Source: Eledone cirrhosa
Taxonomy: Eukaryota
Assembly (NCBI GenBank): GCA_964016885.1
Contig: OZ024743.1
Coordinates: 245,644,001-245,708,000 of the forward strand
Reading direction: 5' to 3'
DNA length: 64,000 bases
Under the pieces are notes generated by a model. The model had not been told where the DNA came from, ran no database searches, and worked only from the letters and a program-made list of their open reading frames with translations. Below are positions 53,217-64,000 of the stretch, piece after piece (the stretch's first letter is position 1; the number at the start of each line of letters is the position of its first letter). Made by a program: the position numbers and the translations under genes.

Positions 53217-53699
53217 CTAGAATTGAGAAGAGAAAGGGAGAAAAAAACAATTGGAAGACAAAATAAAAAATAAACAAGGAATACATATTGGAGTTTTGTA
53301 TTATACCCTTATAAGTTCTTTTTTAGCCCTTTTGTTTTCAAACTGCTTGAAACTACTCCTAATTCTATGATACTACACTGTTTATTTCAAAGTGTTCCTA
53401 TTTATTCAAAAATCTTCCATCAAAATTTTATGTGAGTTAGTTATATTATTAAATCCCTCTAAATTCTTTATTATTTTCAAAATTCTATGAAAATCACAGG
53501 AAGTCATTAGAATTATGTTAATGGAATTGTTAATCCCTTGTGTAAATTAATGACTAGCTAATGAGACAAAACATAGGAACCTATATCACATCACTTGAGT
53601 TGCTAGAAATAACAGCATTAAAATAAAGAGAGGGAGAAGGGGAAACAGGCAGAAAAATAAGCAAAAATAGAGAGTGACAAAATGATAAAAAGAACATAC

Positions 53700-53765
53700 C
53701 ATTTCCATGATGAAGAAGATTATTTATCCGTCCCCGCTCTCCTTCCTCAAATATTTGTCGCCAAG
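53700..53765 (-). CDS. EMC1: EMC1 exon 3
   Basis: WRQIFEEGERGRINNLLHHGN; ttcaag| ... |gtatgt. Confidence 0.9.
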
Positions 53766-53911
53766 CTTGAAAACAAAATAGAAAAGGCAATAACTTAATA
53801 AAATATGTACCAGTAATCTATTGGTGGATGATTATAGCATTTCCTATATCATAATTTATGATGAAAATGCACTCACTATACCCTGTAGGGCATCCTACAG
53901 TAAAAACTTCT

Positions 53912-54375
53912 TCACCCACTTATTCCTGAGAGGGTAATAGCGGCAGAGTCCTCAAACACTCCTTCCAGCAGGTCCTGTCAGGAGCAACCATCTCCAACTG
54001 TGACCAGCCAAGCTCATGGATATTATCCAACCATCTTGCTCGAGGTCAGCCACTGAGTCTTGCTTATTGGTTTTGCTCATAAAATCTGTCCAGCGATTCT
54101 TTCCTGAGACATTCTAACCACATGCCCATAGTATCGATGCTGTGATCTCTCAATTCGGAGAAGTAGCAGCTCTACCTGGAGTGACTCTCTGATCTCTGAG
54201 ATACGCACTTTATCAAGTAATGTTACTCCAAAGACTCTTCAGAGGAATCCCATTTTGGCCGCTTGTATTTGCAATCGTATTCTTTCAGTCATTACCCAAG
54301 ATTCATGACAATAGATAATGGTTGGCACTAAAACCAAATTGAAGATAGCGAGTTTCGCTTTTACGCCTACCTCCC
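53912..54375 (-). mobile_element. 3' fragment of a second RTE-type family
   Basis: Similar to 59552-60020; IYCHESWVM-like C-terminal remnants. Confidence 0.7.
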
Positions 54376-55627
54376 TCTCAACTCCTGAAGCAATGGAAAT
54401 GATAATCCCAATTTTCCTGTAAAAACAATGCCCAAAAAGGGTTGAGAAGGCCCTTCAGTTGTGTCAAGGACATGACAATCTCTCTAGTGCTGGTGATTAC
54501 AGGATAAATGCACCCAAAATACTTTGTAAAGTGGCTGACATTAGAAAAGGCATCTAATTATAGAAACCATGCAAAAATGGATTGTATGAGCAAGACATCA
54601 TTCTCTGATCAGTCTAGTTTCAGAAAGCAATGACCTGTCCAACCCATGGCAGCATGGAAAACGGGTGATAATGATAATAATTTTGAATGAAGTCTGCTTC
54701 AGAAGGGCTGATGAAGTTACTTAATTACAACTATTGCTACTAAAATGATTCCTATTCCTTGGAGCTAGCTGGTCTTGTTCCAGCTCCATTCAGGCACTCC
54801 CAACTTACATATCTCATGTTGTACTCTCTCCCTCCCCACCACTAGTCACTACTCCATCCTTCCTGCTCAGAGAATTGGCACTCTGAAATTCCCCTCCCTG
54901 CTCATGTCTTTTCTATACAGGCGTTAACTTGCAATAGTTTAAACATACCATCAACAGCATCAATCTCACCAGCCTTAGAAGATATTGTCCCTTCCTTCAG
55001 ACTTAAGTAAAAGAAAACAAATGGCTCCAACAATCATCAAAATTTCATAAAAGGTGGTGATGGTGATGATGGTGATGGTAGTGATTTAATGCTTGTTTTT
55101 CTTGTTATCACAGTTTGTGTCTCCCAAATTTCACTTACAAGACATTTATCAACCTAAAGTGGGTGCTACTGCCCCTCAGGGGCGTTGAGAAGGTTAAGGG
55201 GTGCTGGGGCCAATTGGGGCAGGCAGTAGAGATGATATAATAGTATATTAAATATCAAATGATACATATTAGATATAAATATAGTAAAATAAAAAATATA
55301 TAATATTTATTTATACATAGTATATATTATATTTAAATTAACAATTTTATTTATTTTATATTATTTACAATTTGCATGTAGACAGGTCTCTCAGGAAATA
55401 GGGGTGGGGCGCTGAGGGTATTACATGGCCGTGAGGGGGCAGTGGCCCAAAAGTTTAAGAACCTCTGCTATAGTAGAAGATATTTGCCCAAAGTGCCATG
55501 CAATAAGGCAGAATCTGAAATGATATGGTTGTGAAGCAAACTCCTTAACCATAAAACCAAGCCTGTGTCTATGGAAAAAATAAAGAAATATAAAAGAAAT
55601 ATGTAAATCAAAATGAAAATTCCTTAC

Positions 55628-55755
55628 CAACACTTCCATTGTGAACATTGATAGCTGCAATGGTGTTTTTCTCAGTACCAACCAATATACGTTTACCAAC
55701 ATAATGTGATTGATCCCAAAACAGGAAATCTACTCGGCCAACATATTTCTGCATC
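55628..55755 (-). CDS. EMC1: EMC1 exon 2
   Basis: MQKYVGRVDFLFWDQSHYVGKRILVGTEKNTIAAINVHNGSV; ttag| ... |gtaagg. Confidence 0.93.
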
Positions 55756-56943
55756 CTAAGGGGCAGATGAAAGAAGAAAAATAAGAAACAACAACAACAA
55801 TAATGGTTTCTAATATAGGCAAAAAGGCCAGCAATTTGGGGGGAGGGGAAGTTGATTAAATCAACTCCATAAGGATGAAAGACAAAGCTAACCTCGCAGG
55901 GATTTGAACTCAGAACGTAAAGGGCCATAACTCTATGTCGCTAAACATGTCTGATGCTCTACTGATAGTGCCAATCCACTACCTTAATAATAATAATTTC
56001 TACTATAGGCACAAGGCCAACAATTTTGGGGGAGGGGAAAGTCGATTAAATCAACCCGTGTGTGACTGGTGCTTTATTTTATCGACCCTGTAAGGATGAA
56101 AGGCTATGCTAAACTCAGCGGGATTTGAACTCAGAACATAAAGGGCCGTAACTCGATGCTTTAAAGCATTTGGTCCGATTCTGTCATAATAATAATAATA
56201 GCTCTACTAGAAGCAACCCTCATCCTGCACAAGGCATTATTGATTCAATAGCACAACTCAAACAGTACCATCTCCACTCATAACACATATCTTATACAAT
56301 TAGGGAGCTGATCATCAAATGAAACCAAGGAAACGTTGCTGTCATTGGTTTTTCCATTGCCGATATCAACTGCTGGTTGTAACTCATGTCATAAGTGTCA
56401 CTGTGTTTCCAGTGATAGGAGACAAGATTTGAATTCAGAATTCACAGAGATGAGAACAGATAGCACCAATCTACTGACCTAAATTGGTATTTTATTTATC
56501 AACCTCAAAAGGATGAAAAGGAAAGTTGACTTCAGTGGGATTTGAACTCAGAGAGCAGAGAGCCAGAAGAAACACAGGCATTTAATCTGACACAACAAAC
56601 TGCCAATTTGCTTAGACAATAAACACCTAATAAAATAACAACTCCCATGACAAAATACTCTACCCAATAAATTAATAACACATGCTTTTACATAACTGAT
56701 ATCCCACACTGCAATACCAATAATGCACACAATCAACATTCTACACATGCCACACAGCTGGACCAGAGACATAATTGTTTCTACTTTAGGCTCAAGGCCA
56801 GCAATTACCCAGTGCATTACTGGTACTTTATTTTATCGACCCCGTAAGGATGAAAGGCAAAGTCAACCTCGGCGAGATTTGAACTCAGATCGTAAAGGGA
56901 AGACATAATGATTATACAATACATACAGAATATATTCACCATT

Positions 56944-57255
56944 CAACAAAATAACATAACTCACATTACACATACTCTACACAACAAAATAACATATCTC
57001 ACATTACACATACTCTACACAACAAAATAACATAACTCACATTACACATACTCTACACAACAAAATAACATAACTCACATTACACATACTCTACACAACA
57101 AAATAACATAACTCACATTACACATACTCTACACAACAAAATAACATAACTCACATTACACATACTCTACACAACAAAATAACATAACTCACATTACACA
57201 TACTCTACACAACAAAATAACATAACTCACATTACACATACTCTACACAACAAAA
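56944..57255. repeat. 38-bp tandem repeat, about 8 copies, G-free on the plus strand
   Basis: (ACAACAAAATAACATAACTCACATTACACATACTCTAC)n. Confidence 0.97.
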
Positions 57256-57649
57256 CAAACAATAAAATAACACCAGAAAAAAATTGATGCAATGCAATGC
57301 ACAAACAGGAGTTTATATCATCCCTCATGCTACAAAAATATAAACATACAATGCTGCACACAGCTCAGGAATACAAGGCTGCATCAGATGAGGCAGTAGA
57401 AACTCACATGAAACTGTCATAAGAATAATTGTTTCTACTTTTGGCACAAGGCCAGCAATTATACCGGTGTATTACTGGTACTTTATTTTATCGACCCCCG
57501 TAAGGATGAAACCCAGACCATAAAGGGCAGTAACTCTTTGCTGCAAAGCATGGCGTTCGACCCTCTACTGATACCACCAATCCAACGCAACAAAACAATA
57601 TCACATATTGTTTGGGAATGTTCTAAACTTGTGTAAAATTAATTACAAG

Positions 57650-58090
57650 CTATGGCAGTATGATGAGGTTGCAAAGATATTACAATGGAAGTTGCATGAG
57701 AAATGGGAATTTGAAAGAGGAAATACCTGGTGTGATCATAAGCCACAAAGAATCAAAAATGTCTAAAATACTTTGGAATCTTTCAATATAGACTGACCCA
57801 AAATTAGAGCACAATAAGGTTGACGAGGTTAACAAGAAATGCCTATTAACTGATGTAGCTTGTCCATTTGATTCAAGAATAACAAAGAAAGAAGCAGAAA
57901 AGGAAGAAACATCCAACCCTTAAAATAAGTGCATGAATATGAAGTGTAGTACCAATAATTGTGGGAGCATTGGGAAGAATAATAAAAGATATCAAAAACA
58001 CTAAAAGACAGCTGGCATTATATGTCCAGTTGAACTATTGCAGAATGGATGCTGAGATAATCAAGAAAGTACATGACAGCTGAATGGTAC
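57650..58090 (+). mobile_element. Decayed R4/Dong-clade LINE 3' fragment (restriction-like endonuclease)
   Basis: Remnants KILWNLSI*TD..LEHNK, CLLTDVACPFDSRITKKEAEK, VVPIIVGALG. Confidence 0.7.
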
Positions 58091-59551
58091 TATAGGCTAC
58101 AGCAAGCAAGCCTGCTACTCATGCTAAAACCAGTATTTCCATCTAAACTTGAGCAAAACCAAAATAAACAAAAAACTGATTTATGTAGTTCTGAAATAAT
58201 TTAAATGAAGAAATTATGTCAAGTGAAGTTTTATGTACTAATGGTATCATGTAACCCAGTACAACCTATCTCAGGGTCAACAACTAAACCAACAGCCCCA
58301 CTCACCAGTTACTGAATAAGCATGGTGTGTGGGCACTTAATAAGATTAAAGTAAAACCAGTGAAAGGGTGGAATAGCCTTCCATAAAGAAACCTACAACC
58401 AACCATACCTGGACACAAGGCAAGCATACACCCTTACGTTATCTGCCTAAAACAACAAGATGGGCAAAGGTGGACAGACAGAGATGTGAAGCTAGCTCAA
58501 CCTGAGTTCTTCAACTCTGTAAAGTGGATGGTGATCAAACAAAGATAGAATAGGGTAGAAAGGACTCTCTAGTCTGGTCAAGCATTTGACCTTTCTAGTG
58601 CTGAATATCACAATAAAATATATCCACTATACCCTGTAAAATGTCATGTTGGTGCCACAATAAAATGCACCCAGTCCTGTCTGTAAACTGGCAGAAATAG
58701 TGCCATAATAAAATGCATCCAGTAAACTTTGGTTAGCATTATTAGGAAGGGCATTCAGCCATAGAAACCATACCAAATATAGAACATATAAGGTCTCTCC
58801 AGCCTGTCTAGTCTCAGATGCTGGCAACACATCTATCCCATGCCAGAATAGAATGTGGATGAAAAATGATGATGATGAAGTCACAGTACCAGTCTAGGGT
58901 AGGTGGAATTTTTAGAGTGTTGAATGAGATAACTTGCAGTATTTGTTCCAGCTCTGTGTTCTGAGTTAAAATTTCGCTGTGGTTTACATGGCTGGTAGAC
59001 TTAATCTTTCACTCAGGTTAACACCACCACCTAGCCATTTGGTGTCTTTAATGGAGTCCACTCTTACAAGAATTTGGATCAAGCCCTATGAATCTTAAAT
59101 TCCCTGAAATAGTATGGACACTGCCCTTCCTTCTAAGTGATATAAAAAAAATTGAGTGTACCTTCCTACCAATCAGAGACACTCCACTAAAAGAAAAATA
59201 ATAATAAAGTGACAAATAAAATAGAGGAAAGGCAATGCTCATGATTTTTTTTATAAGAGCTCCAAGACTGGTAGAGAGGCAAGGTAGGAAGAAACCAACA
59301 CAACCCATTGATTGCTGCTGGTAGGAAACAGTGGAGCAAGAGTACTTCACTAAGTGGAAACCTGGCCCCCTCAACACTTGTAACAGAGTAGACATAACTA
59401 AGAGCTAGGTAGGCATGTTCTCAATTTAACCCTTTCATTACCATATTTCTGATAAGATATACTGCTTATACATTCAAATTAATTTTGAAACTATGCAAAT
59501 TTGAAGGGGTTTATTAAATGTTGTAAGCTGTTTGGAATATCTTCTTTGATA

Positions 59552-60225
59552 TCCACTTATTCCTGAGAGGGTCAGAATCCTTAAATATTCCTTCCAGTGG
59601 GTCCTGTCAGAAGCAACCGTCTCCAACTGATCTAGCTGGATCCTCAAGCGGGACCAGCCAAGCTCATGGATGTTATCCTCCCATCTTGCTCGGAGTCTAC
59701 CCCTAAGTCTCCTGCTAGTTGGTTTTGCCCATAAAATCTGTCCAGCAATTCTTCCCTGAGACATTCTAACCACATGCCCGTAGTACCAGAGCTGTGATTT
59801 CTCAATTCAGAGAAGTAACGGCTCAAGCTGGAGATACTTTCTGATCTTCAAGCCATGCACTCTATCGAGTAACATTACTCCAAAGAACCCTCAGAGGATC
59901 CCCATTTCAGTCACTTGTATTCTTTCGGTCATTAACCAAGATTTATGACCATATGTAAGGATTGGCATGAATACCAAACTGAAGATAGCGAGCTTGGCTT
60001 TTACGCCTACCTCCCTCCTTCTGATTACTGAAGCTGGCACATTACTGCACTAGCTCCTACAATTCTTGCACTTAATTCAGCCTCCTGCCTGCCATCACTA
60101 GTGAACACAGCCCTGAGATACTTGAACTTCTCCACCTGCTTCAGTGGAACTCTATTCACAAGTGGAGTGTACTGTGCAGGCTTCCTTGAGAGGACAAGTG
60201 TCTCAGCCATGCAGCACTCAGCATC
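59552..60225 (-). mobile_element. 3' fragment of the second RTE-type family
   Basis: LKQVEKFKYL..VFTSDGRQE; VRMSQGRIAGQILWAKP..GRLRARWED. Confidence 0.8.
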
Positions 60226-60600
60226 AAACCTATCAAGTGCATGTTGTCTGCAAATTCCAGCCGACTGATTCTACACTGGCCATTGTATGTAACATACCGT
60301 ACCAAAATATTCTGCAATTAAATTATGATGTCAGATTTAGTTTAAATACGGACATTTTAAAATGTGCTGTTCTATATCATAGCTCCGGGTGCATTTGGGG
60401 TGAGTTGGTATCAAAAGGCTTAAGTCTACAACACACACACTCAGGGGGAATGTTTAGCTAAAGAAATAGTGATATATTTTAATGCTGCTGTTTTTCAAGA
60501 TTAATACTTTGTACTACAGTCTAGTGGCTGTCTAACTTCCACTTTGAAAATTGTCCTTTATACACATGAAATAGGTAAATATATGGCAGTGTGTATACAG

Positions 60601-60850
60601 ATTGAGATCTGGTTTTGGACGTGCAAAAGTCAATCTTGCAAAATTGAGATATTTAAAGGATGGAGAGGTTGTGTGTGAATGCGGCATGGAACCACAGACT
60701 ACACAACACCTGATATGCCCCTTGCTGGAACACGCCTGCACAGCATTGGACTTGGCAGAGTTTAATAAGAAAGGACAACAATGTGTTCAGCTGTGGCCGA
60801 ACCACATCTAGCCAAGCTTTGTAACTGACACTCTTATGGACACGATAAAA
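60601..60850 (+). mobile_element. 5'-truncated RTEX-like LINE insertion with a 13-bp TSD
   Basis: LRSGFGRAKVNLAK...CECG..QTTQHLICP zinc-knuckle C-terminus; GGACACGATAAAA end; AGTGTGTATACAG on both sides. Confidence 0.8.
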
Positions 60851-61977
60851 AGTGTGTATACAGCTGAAACTGATGATACAGTTACTAATAGGTAGTTTTT
60901 AAAGTAGTTGTATGCTTATAAAGTTGGTAGTAATAATAATTGTTTCTACTATTGGCACAAGGCCAGCAATTACCCAGTACATTACTGGTACTTTATTTTA
61001 TCGACCCCGTAAGGATGAAAGGCAAAGTTAACCTCGGCGGGATTTGAACTCAGAATGGCAAGGGCCGTAACTCTATGCGTCAAAGCAAGGCGTCCGGCCC
61101 TCTACCGATACTGCCAAAATGATGATGTAGTTAAAATGACTGAAGATATAAAAAAAAAATGAATAGCTTGAAAATCGCTGCAACCCTAATTACAGTAGAT
61201 CACACACGAAGTTTCGTTCACTTTCCTCGTCTGTGAAACAAGAAATGAACAGAAATAAAGGTGTACGTATAGTTCTACTAAAAGCCGGTTATTACCGTGT
61301 TTGCAAAAATGATTTTTTAGATCACATTAATGGAACTCAAAGTTATGTTTTTATCTTATATACTGAAAAACTTGAAATAATAGAAACGAATTATTATTTT
61401 AAACAGGGTTTACAACAAAACTATACATCGATATAGCAAAAAGAAGAAATATATATAGTCCGAGTGATTGGTTTGTCGGCAAAAATAAGAAAAATAGAAT
61501 AAATAAAACAAAGTAATTAATAAAATAAGTCCGTGTGCTGTGAAGAGAGATGAGTTCTAACGTTTATGGCTGGGACCTTGCCGAAGTAAAATGAAGGAAG
61601 GCCCAGGACGAAAGATAAAAAACTCACCTGTCTCACCACATCATGGAGAATTTATCTAATTTTACGAATATTAAAAATCGATATAGCTTATTTCATTCCA
61701 TGCATTTAAAAACTAAAGGGCTTTAATGTGTATAATCGACGAGAATTGACTGAATTGATAAGTTTTTAGCAGCTATCCGTTATATCTATATAGTATACAA
61801 ATACTAATTACATCTTTTCAATATTAAAAGGTAGTAACGATATTAAGATTGTAATTTAACCGAGAGAAACAGCGAAGGGAAGCAGAGCATGCGATTAAAG
61901 GGTCAACATGAAGACATCTAGGTAAATATGGGAAATATCTACTTTAAAATCGTTCCAAATAAAAAAGGATAATGTAC

Positions 61978-62078
61978 CAATCGAATTTTCCAGCTTGATC
62001 TTCAAATAAAGCAGAAGCTTCATTAAATGATAAGACAAACAACAATGTTGATAAAGTAGACAGAAAAAATGTGTCCAT
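61978..62078 (-). CDS. EMC1: EMC1 exon 1 (signal peptide)
   Basis: MDTFFLSTLSTLLFVLSFNEASALFEDQAGKFD(W); donor TG|gtacat. Confidence 0.93.
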
Positions 62079-62735
62079 TTTCGATCAGCTGGAAGAAATG
62101 CTTCTTTTTACAATAAAGAGTGCATGGCAAGGGCTGTAACTCGTGTCGGCAGCTTTAAACTAAATGACAGCCAAGTAGAAGTAGTTCTTTGACGGTCTGA
62201 GTTTACAACCTTATTTTCGATTCCAAATTGTAAACTTGACTTACATTTACTTGGGTTATTTGAGAGCGACATCAACACTATAATATCCCATTTTCTCCAT
62301 CTATAGACATCTTATCCCTAATCTAATCATTTTAGATTTCCTATCCACAGTTAATCTTTTATTAGGCATTATCATCATCACCATAATTTAACGTCCGTTT
62401 TCCCGGCTAGAAAGCGATGACAGGCCTTAATTGGACCTATTGATCTCTCAGATCAAGCAGGACCGTTTACATACGTTCTTGCGCTTTGCTGAGTATGACA
62501 TGTAATCATGGCACCAGCATTAGGGGGGTCGTCATGACTAGAAATAGCAGCTGAATTTTCCTTAACTTAAACTCTACTATCTTAACAGACAAAAAAACAT
62601 AGAATCCTAGATAAATTACATTTGAAAAATGAAAACGATTAGATAGTCATGGCTCATTTGTCTTTTGATCATATGTCTGGTAGATCATAACTAACCTGGG
62701 GTTAAACAACTACAATAACTTCAATATTAATAACT

Positions 62736-63703
62736 CATATATTAATGACATAGATGCCAACTTAACGAATGCCACAGTACTAAAGTACGCAGACGACATC
62801 AAGCTGTACCTTGAGATAAAAAGGACAGATCCTGAACACTATAGATCTTGCTTGCAGTCTGACCTGGACACAATGCAACAGTGGATCTCAGACTGGCAAC
62901 TCAAGCTAGCTGTGGACAAGTGCACCACCATGCATTTTGGGAGTAAAAACCCAGCGTCCACATACTCCCTCCACAGCACTAATATCAAGAAGTCTTCCTG
63001 TGAACGTGACCTGGGCATTACGGTCAGCAGCGATTTGCGTTGGACGAGGCACGTCTCTAAAATTGTCAAGAGGGCCGAGGGTGTCTTAGCATCACTCAGC
63101 AAGACCTTTGTCAGCCGCTCTCCAGATATCTATTTAAGGCTGTATACAGCTATGGTGCGACCACACTTAGAATTTGCATCACCAGTCTGGAACCCCTATC
63201 TTGCTCAGGACATTGACCGCCTGGAAACTGTTCAGAGACGTGCAACCAAGCGAATACCCTCCATCAGGCATCTACCATACTCTGAGCGCCTTGCTTCCCT
63301 GGGCATGGATTCATTGAAGCTCCGACGCCTGGCAACTGACTTGGTAAACACCCACAAAATTGTTAACCATGTTGCCAACAACAACCCTGAGTGCCTTTTC
63401 GATTTCCATGTGTCTAACACACGTGGACATGCCCACAAAGTAAGAAAACAGCACAGTTCCCATGACTTTCGGAAACATTTTTTCACGCTCAGAGTTGCTG
63501 AAGCATGGAACAAACTACCTGCATCAGTTGTTAGCTGTCGAGACACTGCATCCTTTAAGGCCTCCATGCTTCCCGAGATCCGCCAACACTACAGCTAACA
63601 CATACAAACATGTACTTCCCTGACATTTGTGTATTATTCTATGTACTATATTGACGAGTTGTAGTGCACCTGAGCACTTTACACAATAATTTCATTATTA
63701 TTA
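62736..63703 (+). mobile_element. 5'-truncated CR1/L2-group LINE, same family as 1-2700
   Basis: YADDIKL, ERDLGI, VRPHLEFASPVWNP, FFTLRVAEAWNKLP; open to the stop at 63598; (ATT)n tail. Confidence 0.93.
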
Positions 63704-64000
63704 TATTTCAAATGTAGTGACTGAGAGAAATTACTTAGGGAGGCCGTCTGCATGAAAAACATAGTAGAGTGAGTACTAACATACAGAGAGCACAAATTAT
63801 TTCAATCAATTAAAATTTGAGAAAAATGTAAAATGATGATGATGCTGTAATTCTTCTGGCACCTTGCTTTCTAAGTTCAAATACCACCAAGGCCAGCTTG
63901 GTCTTTCATCTTTGCGGAGCCAAGAAATAAAGTGCCAGTCTAAGGTGAAAGGATAAATGAATTTCTTATAACACTGGACAGGATGCCTTGCAGTATTTTT

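Larger units (their letters stand above)
7514..62078 (-). other. EMC1: Complete EMC1 gene, ER membrane protein complex subunit 1 (25 coding exons, 989 aa)
   Basis: Spliced translation runs from a signal peptide plus LFEDQAGKFDW to FDVLKDDFDY...LNRAWR, matching the known EMC1 termini. All 24 introns are GT-AG with consistent phases; exon lengths sum to 2970 nt. Confidence 0.97.

Noticed and set aside
55150-55470. Possible hAT/Charlie-like MITE
   Set aside because: Only one end (AAGTTTAAGAACCTCTG) is recognisable; no TIR pair or TSD confirmed
61622-61650. Strong minus-strand donor CAG|GTGAGT in intron 1
   Set aside because: No matching acceptor or coding frame identified; the gene model is complete without it
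62852-63598. 248-aa ORF as a divergent host gene
   Set aside because: C-terminus of a truncated LINE ORF2 with a decayed paralogue at the window start

Overview
AT-rich, repeat-dense eukaryotic DNA; the SINE/LINE repertoire suggests an octopod cephalopod (inference). The window holds one complete protein-coding gene on the minus strand: EMC1 (ER membrane protein complex subunit 1). I traced 25 coding exons from ATG 62078 to TAG 7514, all with GT-AG introns and matching phases (2970 nt, 989 aa). Introns and flanks carry CR1/L2-, RTE-, RTEX- and R4/Dong-type LINE fragments, two tRNA-derived SINE families, an internally deleted pogo/Tigger transposon, several MITEs and foldback elements, a ~5.8-kb 22-bp minisatellite and a 38-bp tandem repeat. 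I see no firm evidence for a wholly new biological system. The best leads are: (1) an RTE LINE with a C4HC3 PHD-type finger inserted inside its reverse transcriptase, whose copies sit in (TA)n tracts and share a 3' end with a SINE; (2) inverted RTE copies bracketing an in-frame skippable exon pair; (3) a near-perfect intronic hairpin. Repeat boundaries, copy counts and family names were read by eye and are approximate.
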